NCBI GenBank assembly: GCA_045863855.1
Contig: BTVV01000008.1
Location: forward strand, 1-64,000
Direction: 5' to 3'
From: Planctomycetota bacterium
GTDB taxonomy: Bacteria; Planctomycetota; SZUA-567; H5-PLA8
Length of the DNA: 64,000 bases
Numbering within the stretch: the first letter of the stretch is position 1; each line of letters begins with the position of its first letter. Of the stretch, positions 1-9,343 are shown piece after piece. Under the pieces are notes generated by a model that was not told the DNA's origin, did no database searches, and saw only the letters and a program-made list of their open reading frames with translations. The position numbers and the translations under genes are program-made.

Positions 1-4
1 AGAA

Positions 5-769
5 ATGGGGCCGGCCGTTTACGACGTGACGCTTAAGGACATCGGCAACACTAAATCCAAGTTCATGTCATTAACGGGCCTGACGGTTAAGGCGTCGGCC
101 GCTCCGGATCCGGATAATTCCCATACCAAAGCGCTAGATGAATTCGCTAGAAATGTTTCCAGCGGCAGTGCGTTTGATCCGGTTACACAGCAATTTATGC
201 CCCGGCGCAGGATCGTGCTCCCTAACCGCGCGCCGCGGCGGGTCAATAGGCGCGATGAGATCCCGGCGCTAACCATATCAAGGCGCGCATCTGCGAGTGC
301 CGCGAAGCTGCCACTGTGGTATTCGGCCGCATGCGGCCACGGGCGCGAACTGGAGCGGTCCCCTGACTACCTCTACTTCCGCGAATTGCCAGACTGGAGG
401 GGCGTCCACTCGGTCGTAGTTCAGGGCGAGTCGATGTGCGACACGCTTATTCCGAAGGACATTGTTCTCCTGCAGGAGATCGGAGATGGCGGACTGGCGC
501 TTTCGGAGATCGAATCCGAGGATCAAAAGACGACGTTAATGATCTTTAAGAGGCACATCGCGCACGACGACATCTGCCTGCTTTCTATCAACGACGAAGA
601 GCCCACGCTGAAGCGGGTCAAGATCCAGCCCGGAAACAACGGAACGGACTGGACGCTCCTGATCGCGGCCGACAATCCGGCCGAGTGGGAGCCGCGCTCA
701 ATTACGAGGAAAACGGCCATTCGATTTTACGCGAAGCTGATCGGACGAGCTAAGAGGGAGGGGGAATAA
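5..769 (+). CDS. CI/LexA-like repressor with S24 peptidase domain (probably 5'-truncated by the window edge)
   Basis: S24 motifs VQGESM (catalytic Ser) and PTLKRV (Lys); SAACG resembles an autocleavage site; frame is open to the window start, so an HTH domain may lie upstream; next to an integrase. Confidence 0.75.
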   Translation: MGPAVYDVTLKDIGNTKSKFMSLTGLTVKASAAPDPDNSHTKALDEFARNVSSGSAFDPVTQQFMPRRRIVLPNRAPRRVNRRDEIPALTISRRASASAAKLPLWYSAACGHGRELERSPDYLYFRELPDWRGVHSVVVQGESMCDTLIPKDIVLLQEIGDGGLALSEIESEDQKTTLMIFKRHIAHDDICLLSINDEEPTLKRVKIQPGNNGTDWTLLIAADNPAEWEPRSITRKTAIRFYAKLIGRAKREGE

Positions 770-772
770 AAT

Positions 773-1279
773 ATGGCGGGTATGATTTCCTGTCCCGCAT
801 GTCAGAGGCAGGTATCCAGCCAGGCGCCGGCGTGCCCAGGATGCGGCCATCCGGATCCTGGAAGCGCACTAACTCGAAAGGCGTGGAAGGTCGCGCAGGC
901 GCTCGGGTTTGCGGGCGGGATTGCCGGCACCTTGATTATTGCCCGAGCTGTCAGCGGATCCAGCGCAGACCCCAACTGGCATGGCGGGCCGCTCCTGCTA
1001 CTGCTTGGGGTATTTGTGATCTGGTGCTCGGTCTTCGCTGTCGTAGCCGGATTCACGCTGGGTCGCCCAGGCGCCGCCGGCTTGACTCGGCACGTCGGGC
1101 TCTGCCTGATCGGAGCCAGCTTCGCCGCGCTGGCCGGGACGCTGATAGCCGGCCAAGCGTCTCCGGATGCGCTGGGATCTGCGGCCCTCAAGGCGATGGC
1201 GATTCAGTCCGTATCATTTGCGACCGGACTGGCCTGTTGGCTCGGCGGAGCCGTGAATCACTGGTGGCGAAATGGGTAG
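773..1279 (+). CDS. Zinc-ribbon (CxxC-x10-CxxC) multi-pass membrane protein
   Basis: N-terminal CPACQRQVSSQAPACPGCGHP then about 4 hydrophobic segments; GGGGA SD; tightly packed between repressor and integrase. Confidence 0.7.
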   Translation: MAGMISCPACQRQVSSQAPACPGCGHPDPGSALTRKAWKVAQALGFAGGIAGTLIIARAVSGSSADPNWHGGPLLLLLGVFVIWCSVFAVVAGFTLGRPGAAGLTRHVGLCLIGASFAALAGTLIAGQASPDALGSAALKAMAIQSVSFATGLACWLGGAVNHWWRNG

Positions 1280-2435
1280 CCAAAACCATCTCTCCTTCGT
1301 CGCCCGCGAGGGCCTCCACAACGTCACCGTTCACCTGTTCCGCCGCCGACTCCCCGACGGCCCGCTCTGGTATCGATTCTGGTTGGGCGGAAAGAAGTAC
1401 AGCGCGTCCACGGGAATGCCGGTGGATCGGGACGCGCGCCAGATCGCGCGGGACGCGCTGATCGAGGCGATCGCCCGCTCAACCGCGCGTGAAGCCGTGG
1501 ACCGGCGGCTCGAGGCGTGCGTGAGGGTCTATCAGGAAAACATCCCCCCGACCTACTCGAAGGCGCACCGCAGGAACACGAGATACCGCCTCGGCGGTTT
1601 CGTGGAGTACGCGGATCCCGCGCTCGACCTTGCGGCCAGTTCGGCCGATCGAATGTCCGCGCTGGTCCAGAACTTCCTGGCGGAGCGCGCGGCCGCGGGC
1701 AACGGCCCCGTGACGATCCGCAACTACCGCGTGGCGCTCTCCGGATTCTTTGCGTGGCTGATGCGCCGGCGCGAAAACGACGGGACCGCCTGGGTCCAGT
1801 GGGCATTCAACCCCGCTTCGTCGGATCGGGTGGAGTCGCCGCGCATCGAGATCAAACTGCGGCCGCCGCTTGAAGACGATCAGGTCGAGGCGCTTATCAA
1901 GGCGGCTTCGGGCACCGACCTGCTGCCAGCCGTCGTGCTCATGCTCTCGGGCTGCCGGCCGGTCGGCGTGGCGCGCATGCGCTGGCGCGACGTCGATACC
2001 GAAAAGCGGATCGTCTGGGTCCAGGAAAAGGGGCACCTGGCACCCGTCCCGATCTCCACGTGGGCGGCAGACCGGATCAAGGGCTGGATGAAGACGCGAA
2101 GCCCCAAGCCGACGCAGGACGACGTCGTTTGCGGGACCACGCGCGAAGGCATGGATCAGTCGCTCAAGTACCTCCGGCTTGCCCACGGACTTCCGGCCGC
2201 GCTGACGTGGGGCGCGCTGCGCCGCTACGCCGACTTCAAGCTGTATCAGGCCGGCGTGAGTCCGCAGGAGGCCGGCGCCCAGCTCCGGCACTCGCCCGCG
2301 ACCGCCCAGAAGCATTACGTGGATTGGCGCAAGCTGACCAGCCACAAGGTCGCGGACGTGCTGTCGTTCGAGCGACCGGCCAAGTCACCGGCCAAGTCAC
2401 CGGTCAAGTCGTCCAGGGCGAAGGCTCGGAAGTGA
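1272..2435 (+). CDS. Tyrosine recombinase / phage integrase
   Basis: SAM-like segment (TIRNYRVALSGFFAW), SGCR (Arg), EKGH (Lys), ALRR, LRHS and KHY (catalytic Tyr); adjacent to a tRNA half. Confidence 0.9.
   Translation: MGSQNHLSFVAREGLHNVTVHLFRRRLPDGPLWYRFWLGGKKYSASTGMPVDRDARQIARDALIEAIARSTAREAVDRRLEACVRVYQENIPPTYSKAHRRNTRYRLGGFVEYADPALDLAASSADRMSALVQNFLAERAAAGNGPVTIRNYRVALSGFFAWLMRRRENDGTAWVQWAFNPASSDRVESPRIEIKLRPPLEDDQVEALIKAASGTDLLPAVVLMLSGCRPVGVARMRWRDVDTEKRIVWVQEKGHLAPVPISTWAADRIKGWMKTRSPKPTQDDVVCGTTREGMDQSLKYLRLAHGLPAALTWGALRRYADFKLYQAGVSPQEAGAQLRHSPATAQKHYVDWRKLTSHKVADVLSFERPAKSPAKSPVKSSRAKARK
2375..2410 (+). repeat. 3 x 12-bp tandem repeat ACCGGYCAAGTC, putative integrase arm-type sites
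   Basis: ACCGGCCAAGTC ACCGGCCAAGTC ACCGGTCAAGTC in the integrase 3' end, about 160 bp from the att core. Confidence 0.7.
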
Positions 2436-2571
2436 TGGATGCGTGTTCCGGTCGCGCGCCGGATCGTGTGCCGGTTTTGTGCCGGATTAAGTTAATGTTG
2501 GGTGCTTTAGATGCGCCTAATCTGCCTGGAGTTAACTTGAGTATTAGGTAATTTGCCGCCAGGAACGCCCC

Positions 2572-2616
2572 TTTCTAATCCGCAGGTTGGAGGTTCGAGT
2601 CCTCCTGGGGACGCCA
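2572..2616 (+). pseudogene. 3' half of tRNA-Arg(UCU), att core
   Basis: TTTCTAA loop (anticodon TCT), TCCGC, AGGTT, T-arm GGAGG-TTCGAGT-CCTCC, acceptor strand TGGGGAC-G-CCA; no 5' half (GTCCCCA, D arm, GCGGA) upstream. Confidence 0.88.
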
Positions 2617-2663
2617 GCTCCTCACGACTCGGCTTGGACGGCGGCTGGCTGATACCGGAGCGT

Positions 2664-5600
2664 ATGGTTGTGTCCGACGGCCCGTCTTTTGCCCCGCTGG
2701 ATCTACGCAACGAGTACGTACCGCCTCGTACCCTCCTGCACCGACTCACCGAAGATTCTCCGCATGGTTGGTCGCGCGTGCCGCCGGTCATGCTTCTGAC
2801 GGACGTGATGGGCGAGGAGGTTCCCGAAGCCGCGCCGACCATCAGGCTGGCATGGAACGCGACGGGCCTCTATCTGCACGCCGCCGCGCCGGCGCCGCCG
2901 TATCGCGCGGTCGCCGAATGGACGCCTGAGCACCCGAAGTTTTGGATGCAGGATCACGTGGATCTGCGCGTATGCCGGCCGGGTCAGAGCGATTGGCAGT
3001 GCATCGTCAGCGCCGACGGGCGCGTGTGGGACAGCTCGGGATTATGGAAAAAGAACACTTCTTTATCCGCGAGAGCCGAAACGGCGGCTCAAGGCTGGAC
3101 GGTACGCGCGCACGTGGCATGGCCAGACTTGGGCCTCGCTCCATGGACGCCGGGAACCGTCGGACGCGGACAGGTTGCGCATATGCGCTGGCCGGAACCC
3201 GGCTACGAGATCATGGCGCTGGCCGCCACCGAGTTGGGCTTTGGCCAGACCGAACGCATGGCCGACCTGGTTTGCGTGGAGCCTCAAGCCGCATGGATCG
3301 AGCGGTTACGGATTCTCGAGCCGCAGGCCATTCGCCCTTGGGTTTTGCCGCTGAGTTCGGCGCGCTACGAAGCCGAGCTGAAGGGCGAGGCCGCCGTATT
3401 ACGCGGCGCGGCGCTTCTGCTTCGGACGGGCGCAGCCACGAGCGAGCATCGCGTCGAAGATCGCGGGGGGCGCTACTTCGCCGAGTTCGATGGAACGCTT
3501 CGACGGCCGGCGTACTCCGAGTGGTCTTTTATGCTAAGAGATGCCGCGGGTCGCGAGCACGAGTTGGGCTCGTGCGTATTGCGGGCCGGCGTGCCGAGCG
3601 TGAACGCGGCCGACCTGAAGCCGCATCCGCGACTGTTGTACGATGCGGACGCGCTGAAGCGCTTTCCGCTTGCGCGTGAGCATCCGTTCAGCGCCGAATG
3701 CCAGGATGCTTCGCGGGAGAGGCTGGCGCAAGGCGTGCCTGCGCTGCCCTATACAAGCGCACGGGATCCCGCGACGTTTGATTTGAAGCCGGAAGACGGG
3801 AATTGGTTTCGCATCTGCAAGGAGTCGCTGCTGGGCGCGGGCGCTTCCGGACGCCGTCCGGCGCCGGCGCGCATCTGGGGGCTGCTCGGTGCGCCGGCCC
3901 AAGCCGCGGCCGCGGGTGTTGTACAGGCCGTGAAGCCCACGCCGGAGCAACTGGCGCCGCTCTTGAGTGCGTTCAACACGCTGTTGCGACGCGAAGACCT
4001 CTACGACCGCGAAGCCTTCGCCGACGCGCGACTTCCGGCAGCGGCGGACGAGTTGCTGCGCCAAGCCGAGCGCCATCCGTTGGATCCGTTCGAACTCGCG
4101 CGGCTCAATCGGATGCTCCTGAAGAGCGTGATCGAATGCCTGCATGTCTTCGGGGCCGATGCCGCCAGCATGCCTGCGCGGCACTTCGAGCTCTGGCTTC
4201 ACGATCGCGATCCCGCGCGCCTGGAACGGGCCACGGTTTGGGCGCGGCATGCGGCCGAGGTCTATTTGCCGGAACCGCATACGCATCTGCACGAAGGCAT
4301 GCAGGCGGGCAATCTGGCTCTGGCGTACGACGCTTGGCGCGAGATGTTAAGCGACGAGCAGCGCGCGGTGTGGCGGCGGCTGGCCGATATGTTCCTGCGC
4401 CAGTTTATCGAGACTTCGCGCGCCCGCGCATGGACCGTGACATGCGTGCCCAACGCCAACCCCGTGGGCAACGGCGGGTGCGGATTGCTCGCGCTGGCGC
4501 TCTTGGGTGAACACGAACTGGCGGAAGAGGCGCTCTATTGGGCTCGACGGCACATTCGCATCTTCTTCGATTACTGCAGCGGCCCGGATGGCGGCAACAC
4601 CGAAGGTCTCCAGTACTGGCAATACGGGACCGAAAACGCGCTGCGTTTCGCGTTGGGTCTGGAGAAGGCCTTGGGCTCCGCCGACGGCTTTTTCGAGCAC
4701 ACGGCCTTCACGAAGGCCATGAACAACATCCGCGTCAGCCTCTGCAACGACGGCTGCCTGCACGGGATGAACGATACGATCCCCATGCCGCTGGGCATGG
4801 CGCTGGCTTGGTTCAGTGCGCGCCGCTACGGCGATCGCTTCGGCGCGTGGTACGGCGATCACGCGATGCGAACCTACCGGCGCTTGCAGCAAACCGGCCG
4901 CGCTACGCCTTACAGGCCCGCCGCGGCGTGGGAATGGCTGCTGCGGCCGGACGGTCCGGAAGTCACCGATGCGGATCAGCCGCCGCTGCCGGTTTGCCTT
5001 GTACTGCAGGACATCCAGTACGGCATCGTGCGCTCCACTCCGGATTGGCGGGCCGAATTCACGGCGGGCATGAAGGGCGCGCGCCCACCCTATACGCATC
5101 ACCATCAGCGCGACGCGGGCGCAATTGCGGTGGAGTACCGAGGCGAGCGGTTATTGATCGATCCTGGGTACTACAAGCCGCAGCCCGCCGACCACAGCCT
5201 TCCGCTCATCGACGGCATCGGTCCCGTGGCGAATGGTGAATTCGTGGCCGAGATTTACCATGCCGCGGAGGGAAGCGATTGGCGTTATCTGGCGATTGAT
5301 GCGACGCGCGCGTACGGGTCCGCGGCGCGGCGCGTGCGCCGGCATCTGGTCTTGTTCTGCGGCTGGGGCGTGGCGATCGTGGACGATCTGGCCGGCGCAC
5401 TCGGCGCGCCGGGACGCGTTTGCGCGCAGATGCAAGCCGGCGGCGCCACCGAAGCATTGGGTCCGGCGGCCTTCAGGATTCGCGGTGTGCAAGCCGCGCT
5501 GCGCGTGGACCTCCTGGGCGCGAACGGCGCCTTGCGGCTGTTTCATGAACGCTCCTTACACGATACGCATTGGGGCTATCATTTCGCGGCCTGCCGGCTG

Positions 5601-5759
5601 CTTCCGGTACATTTCGAGTACATGGCATCCGCCGGACCGCTTTTGACCTTGCTCCGAGACGGCGCTGCATCGGAACCGCCGGCGACTCGGATCGAGGGTA
5701 CGGTGTTACGCGTGACCCATGCGGGCCGCGAACGCGAAGTCCGATTGGCGGGGCTTTAG
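2664..5759 (+). CDS. Heparinase II/III-like polysaccharide lyase with N-terminal CBM9-like domain
   Basis: WNATGLYL and FWMQDHVDL (CBM9-like); DGGNTEGLQYWQYG toroid motif; HHQRDAG and LLIDPG (Hepar_II_III-like); GGAG SD before ATG 2664. Confidence 0.7.
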   Translation: MVVSDGPSFAPLDLRNEYVPPRTLLHRLTEDSPHGWSRVPPVMLLTDVMGEEVPEAAPTIRLAWNATGLYLHAAAPAPPYRAVAEWTPEHPKFWMQDHVDLRVCRPGQSDWQCIVSADGRVWDSSGLWKKNTSLSARAETAAQGWTVRAHVAWPDLGLAPWTPGTVGRGQVAHMRWPEPGYEIMALAATELGFGQTERMADLVCVEPQAAWIERLRILEPQAIRPWVLPLSSARYEAELKGEAAVLRGAALLLRTGAATSEHRVEDRGGRYFAEFDGTLRRPAYSEWSFMLRDAAGREHELGSCVLRAGVPSVNAADLKPHPRLLYDADALKRFPLAREHPFSAECQDASRERLAQGVPALPYTSARDPATFDLKPEDGNWFRICKESLLGAGASGRRPAPARIWGLLGAPAQAAAAGVVQAVKPTPEQLAPLLSAFNTLLRREDLYDREAFADARLPAAADELLRQAERHPLDPFELARLNRMLLKSVIECLHVFGADAASMPARHFELWLHDRDPARLERATVWARHAAEVYLPEPHTHLHEGMQAGNLALAYDAWREMLSDEQRAVWRRLADMFLRQFIETSRARAWTVTCVPNANPVGNGGCGLLALALLGEHELAEEALYWARRHIRIFFDYCSGPDGGNTEGLQYWQYGTENALRFALGLEKALGSADGFFEHTAFTKAMNNIRVSLCNDGCLHGMNDTIPMPLGMALAWFSARRYGDRFGAWYGDHAMRTYRRLQQTGRATPYRPAAAWEWLLRPDGPEVTDADQPPLPVCLVLQDIQYGIVRSTPDWRAEFTAGMKGARPPYTHHHQRDAGAIAVEYRGERLLIDPGYYKPQPADHSLPLIDGIGPVANGEFVAEIYHAAEGSDWRYLAIDATRAYGSAARRVRRHLVLFCGWGVAIVDDLAGALGAPGRVCAQMQAGGATEALGPAAFRIRGVQAALRVDLLGANGALRLFHERSLHDTHWGYHFAACRLLPVHFEYMASAGPLLTLLRDGAASEPPATRIEGTVLRVTHAGREREVRLAGL

Positions 5760-5946
5760 TTTCTTCGGTTCGTTCGCGTGCATTGCAGACTTCCTATATT
5801 CGTTGCTAACCGCCCGGTAGGTAAGGCTTTACATCTTTCTAGGGTGGCGCTTGCCTTTTCCTGTCTTAAGTTGAGTATCTCGTGGCACTTGCCTGGTGGT
5901 TCGGCTATTCGACATGGGTCAAGTGCGGCAGGTTCAGGAGTTAGGC

Positions 5947-7686
5947 ATGGGCAGTTCGACGGCCGAAGCCACAGCGACGACGGTTCCGGCCACGATTCCG
6001 GAGCCGGAAGCGCCGCGGCAAGCAGAATTATGGGGGGCACAGGGCCGCGCACCGTGGTGGGCGAATCTCCATTTTGTCGTCTCGTGGCTTGCCGGATTGA
6101 TGGCGTTCATTTTAGGTATGGTGGCCGGCGGCATGGCGATGGCGACGGCCAATCCGGGGGTCTTCGCGTTCGCCGGCACGGTTTTCTGGTGCGGAATCTG
6201 CTGGATGGCCGCGGCGAACCGGCTGCGTAAGGATTTGCGCTGGCCGCTGGTCTGGGTGCTCGCATCGGCGGTCTGGCTGGGCATCCTGGCCATGCGCGGA
6301 TTCCAGGATCTGGAAAGCTTTCACGCGCTGCTCGAAGAATCCCAGCCGAATGTAGTCACTGCGCTGCGGTATTTTGCGGTGCTGGGGGCGGGGCTGGTTT
6401 TCGGCTGCGCTTTACGCTTGGCGCGCAAAGACACGCATCCCTCGGAGGGGCGGCGCCCCAACAAGAGCTGGTTGGCGGCGGGCGCGGCCGGATTTGCGGT
6501 CTTGCTTGGATTGCCCTGGGTGCTGCCCAACCGCTGGCACGCCGCCGCGGAACGCGAGGTGACGCAGCTCCTTGGCCGGCATCCGGCCATGAACGAACCC
6601 AAAGTGATGCTGGGCGCGTACATGACGCCGCTCTTCGGCGAAGTCTTCCGGGCGCATCATGTGGGGCTGGTGAGCCAGGAAGATATCGTTGCCGCGTGCC
6701 ATGCCGAGGTGGATGCTGCGCTGGCGGCCGGGGCCAAGGCGATCTTCTTCCGGGCGACGCAGGTTGGAGACACTCCGGATGAAGTGGATACGAAGCTGCT
6801 GGTCGACTTGGCGGAGAAGGTGCGGCAGAAGAACGCGGCGGTAGTGCTCATCGATGTCCCGCCCGCGCACCGCGGGGCCGACCTCGAGCAACCGTGGAAG
6901 ACATTTCTCAGCCGCCATTTCCGGCGCATCGAACGGCTGGACCGGCAGGTCAAACCGGATGCCTACTTGATCACCTCCGCGATTTACGGGTATCACCGCA
7001 TGGGTGAGATCGTGGGCACGTATGCGTTCAAGTTCCATCACACGGCCTGGGAAGAACATCTGGTGCTGGTCGCCACCGAACTCAAGCGGACCCGGCCCGA
7101 GCGCCTGATCGGCGTGGGATTGCAGACTTGGATCCCGGAAGATACCGAGCAATTCATGCGCATGCTGGGCAAGGACGAGATCGATATCATCGGTGTGAGC
7201 TGCTTCGATACCGCGTCGCAGGCGTCGATCGAACGGCAGGTGCTCTCGCACGGGCATCCGGAGCAGTACGGCCAGCGTCTCTGGCTCTACGGGACCGCTT
7301 ACGGGCACCCGGTGGGGGGCGACCGCACGCCCGAACTGGAAGCCAAGTGGGCGGATGCGATGGTCGGCTGGGCGCAGCGCAACAGCGTGGACGCGGTGGG
7401 GTTGTCGGCTTGGGGCGGAAGTGTGCCCGGCGGCCACGCACGCATGCTGGCGCAGGGCCAATTGGGCCAGCGCTGGGCCGAGGCCAAGGGGAAGCTCTCG
7501 CCGCTGGGCGAAGCTTTTAAGGCCTTGAGCGAGCAAGCCTCCCGCGGGTGGGGAGACGAACGTCCGAAGTACGTGCTGCCCGATCGCCTGCCCGTGCCTA
7601 AGCCGGAACCCAAGACCGAGGATCCCGATTCGCCGGAACATCCCAAGCGTCCCGGCAAGAAGGACGAGCCGGCGGCGACTTCCTGA
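5947..7686 (+). CDS. Membrane protein with extracytoplasmic TIM-barrel (glycoside-hydrolase-like) domain
   Basis: About 5 N-terminal TM segments, then an alpha/beta domain (DIDIIGVSCF); AGGAG SD before ATG 5947. Confidence 0.5.
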   Translation: MGSSTAEATATTVPATIPEPEAPRQAELWGAQGRAPWWANLHFVVSWLAGLMAFILGMVAGGMAMATANPGVFAFAGTVFWCGICWMAAANRLRKDLRWPLVWVLASAVWLGILAMRGFQDLESFHALLEESQPNVVTALRYFAVLGAGLVFGCALRLARKDTHPSEGRRPNKSWLAAGAAGFAVLLGLPWVLPNRWHAAAEREVTQLLGRHPAMNEPKVMLGAYMTPLFGEVFRAHHVGLVSQEDIVAACHAEVDAALAAGAKAIFFRATQVGDTPDEVDTKLLVDLAEKVRQKNAAVVLIDVPPAHRGADLEQPWKTFLSRHFRRIERLDRQVKPDAYLITSAIYGYHRMGEIVGTYAFKFHHTAWEEHLVLVATELKRTRPERLIGVGLQTWIPEDTEQFMRMLGKDEIDIIGVSCFDTASQASIERQVLSHGHPEQYGQRLWLYGTAYGHPVGGDRTPELEAKWADAMVGWAQRNSVDAVGLSAWGGSVPGGHARMLAQGQLGQRWAEAKGKLSPLGEAFKALSEQASRGWGDERPKYVLPDRLPVPKPEPKTEDPDSPEHPKRPGKKDEPAATS

Positions 7687-7767
7687 TGGCCTGCCGTGCT
7701 TTCCCCATGTGCGGGAAGCGTGTACAATAGTCGCGTCTAACGGTTTCGGGCGGGTTCCCATTCGCAT

Positions 7768-9327
7768 ATGCGCAAGCTGATTCCAAGTTCCGATGGCGCG
7801 AAGCCCATCCCCGTGCGCAACGGGTTGACGGTCGGCAGCGAAGCGGACAACGGGCTGTGCCTGAGCGGTCCGAAGGTCCAGGACCGGCATGCCGTGTTCT
7901 CGATGGTCGGTCCCTATGTCTTTATCGAGGATCTCGATTCGGATCACGGCACGCTGGTGAACGGCAAAAAGATTCGCCGCACGAAGATTCAGAAGGGCGA
8001 CAAGATCGAGATCGGCGGTCATGCGCTGACGTACGACGAAGACGATCAGCCGGAGCCCGAAGCGGCCAAGCCCGCCGCATCGGCCACCAAAGCGCCTGCG
8101 GCCAAGCCCGCGGCTTCGGGGAAAGCCGCGCCGGCCGTCCAAGCGCTGGCAGGCGCCAAGCCCTCCTCGGCGGTGAAGCCTGCGGGTCCGGCGAAGTCCG
8201 GTGGTAATGTGAAGCCGGGGGCCTCCAGCGCCGGGGCGCCCGCGGCCGGCGGTCCCAAAGCCTCGGGCAGTGCGGCGGTTCCGCCCAAAAACGCCACCAG
8301 CGGTCCGCAGCGCATCCGATTGGCTGGCATGCCCCAGTCCTCGAATGCCGGTCCTGCCCCGGGCGGTTCCGGCGTTCGGGACGCGACCGGTCGATTGTCC
8401 GTGTCCGGAAAGGGCGGGGCCGGTGGTTCGGCCGGTGGCCGCAAGCCTTCCGAGCGCGGCATACAGCCGGCGGCGCGTATCAGCGATCGTCAGACCGCGA
8501 TGCTTAGTTCCACACGGCTGAGCGCCGCGGCGGACGAGGCCGCACGCGCTTCGATCAGCGCGCGCTCCGCGCCCGCGGACGCCGTTCCGTTTCGCAAGAT
8601 GACCAAGATCGGGATCGCCGTGATGGCGCTCCTGGTCGCGGTGCCGCTCATCGTCGTGGTGGGCGTGCCGCAGTACAAGCGCTGGCAGCAGGCCAACGAC
8701 AAGCGATCCGAAGCCGAAAAGGCGCTTGAGGCCGCGCTGGAACGCATGCTGAACGAGCCGGTCAAGGATCCCGCCGATCTCAAGCTGGCGTACGATATCT
8801 TGCAGAAGCGCGTCAAGAAGTGGGACGATTTGGAAGACTTCATGGGGCCGCCGGCGCTGCGCTTTCAGGATAAAATCCGGCTCTGGGATTCCAAGCGCGG
8901 CTCTTATTTCCAGGAAGGCATCGAGTTCCGCGCGTACTACGTCAAGAATCCCCTGCATGGCGGGTTCGACGAGAGCGCCAATATTCTGACCGTGCTGCTG
9001 TACGAAGAGGACGCGAACGAACGTGTCAATTTTCTCGGCACGCGTAATTACGCCAAAGAGGACGCCGGACCGTTGGAGGTGGCGCCGGATCGTACCAGCC
9101 AGCCGACGCCGGAAAACCCGCCAACGCCGGAGGGAACGCCGGCTGAAGTCCTGCCGGGTGCGGAACCCGGCGCCGATCCGGTACCTGGAACCGAGCCAGC
9201 CCCGGGAACCGATCCTGCGCCCGGCACGGAACCTGCGCCCGGCGCGGAAGCTGCGCCCGGTGCCGATCCTAACGCCACACCGAATCCCGATCCGGCCCCG
9301 GATGGGACGCCTCCGCCGCCCCCCTAA
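7768..9327 (+). CDS. FHA-domain single-pass membrane protein with Pro-rich repeat tail
   Basis: FHA-like IEDLDSDHGTLVNGKKI and GDKIEIG; low-complexity linker; one TM; PGTEPA-type repeats. Confidence 0.75.
   Translation: MRKLIPSSDGAKPIPVRNGLTVGSEADNGLCLSGPKVQDRHAVFSMVGPYVFIEDLDSDHGTLVNGKKIRRTKIQKGDKIEIGGHALTYDEDDQPEPEAAKPAASATKAPAAKPAASGKAAPAVQALAGAKPSSAVKPAGPAKSGGNVKPGASSAGAPAAGGPKASGSAAVPPKNATSGPQRIRLAGMPQSSNAGPAPGGSGVRDATGRLSVSGKGGAGGSAGGRKPSERGIQPAARISDRQTAMLSSTRLSAAADEAARASISARSAPADAVPFRKMTKIGIAVMALLVAVPLIVVVGVPQYKRWQQANDKRSEAEKALEAALERMLNEPVKDPADLKLAYDILQKRVKKWDDLEDFMGPPALRFQDKIRLWDSKRGSYFQEGIEFRAYYVKNPLHGGFDESANILTVLLYEEDANERVNFLGTRNYAKEDAGPLEVAPDRTSQPTPENPPTPEGTPAEVLPGAEPGADPVPGTEPAPGTDPAPGTEPAPGAEAAPGADPNATPNPDPAPDGTPPPPP
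9154..9270 (+). repeat. Coding ~18-bp tandem repeats, PG[AT][ED]P[AV]
   Basis: PGADPV-PGTEPA-PGTDPA-PGTEPA-PGAEAA-PGADP. Confidence 0.75.
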
Positions 9328-9343
9328 AGGTATCGGCAGGCCG

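Larger units (their letters stand above)
1..2616. mobile_element. Right end of a prophage/integrative element inserted at tRNA-Arg(UCU)
   Basis: Repressor-membrane protein-integrase lysogeny module followed by the 3' half of a tRNA. Confidence 0.8.

Noticed and set aside
2530..2616. Intact tRNA-Arg gene
   Set aside because: No 5' acceptor strand, D arm or 5' anticodon stem.
2553..2663. ORF-track N-terminal extension of the lyase through the tRNA fragment
   Set aside because: Overlaps the att/tRNA half; ATG 2664 has a good SD.
5883..5897. Sigma-54 promoter (TGGCAC)
   Set aside because: No TTGC at the required -12 spacing.
9154..9270. CRISPR-like array
   Set aside because: Degenerate in-frame coding repeats with no unique spacers and no cas genes.
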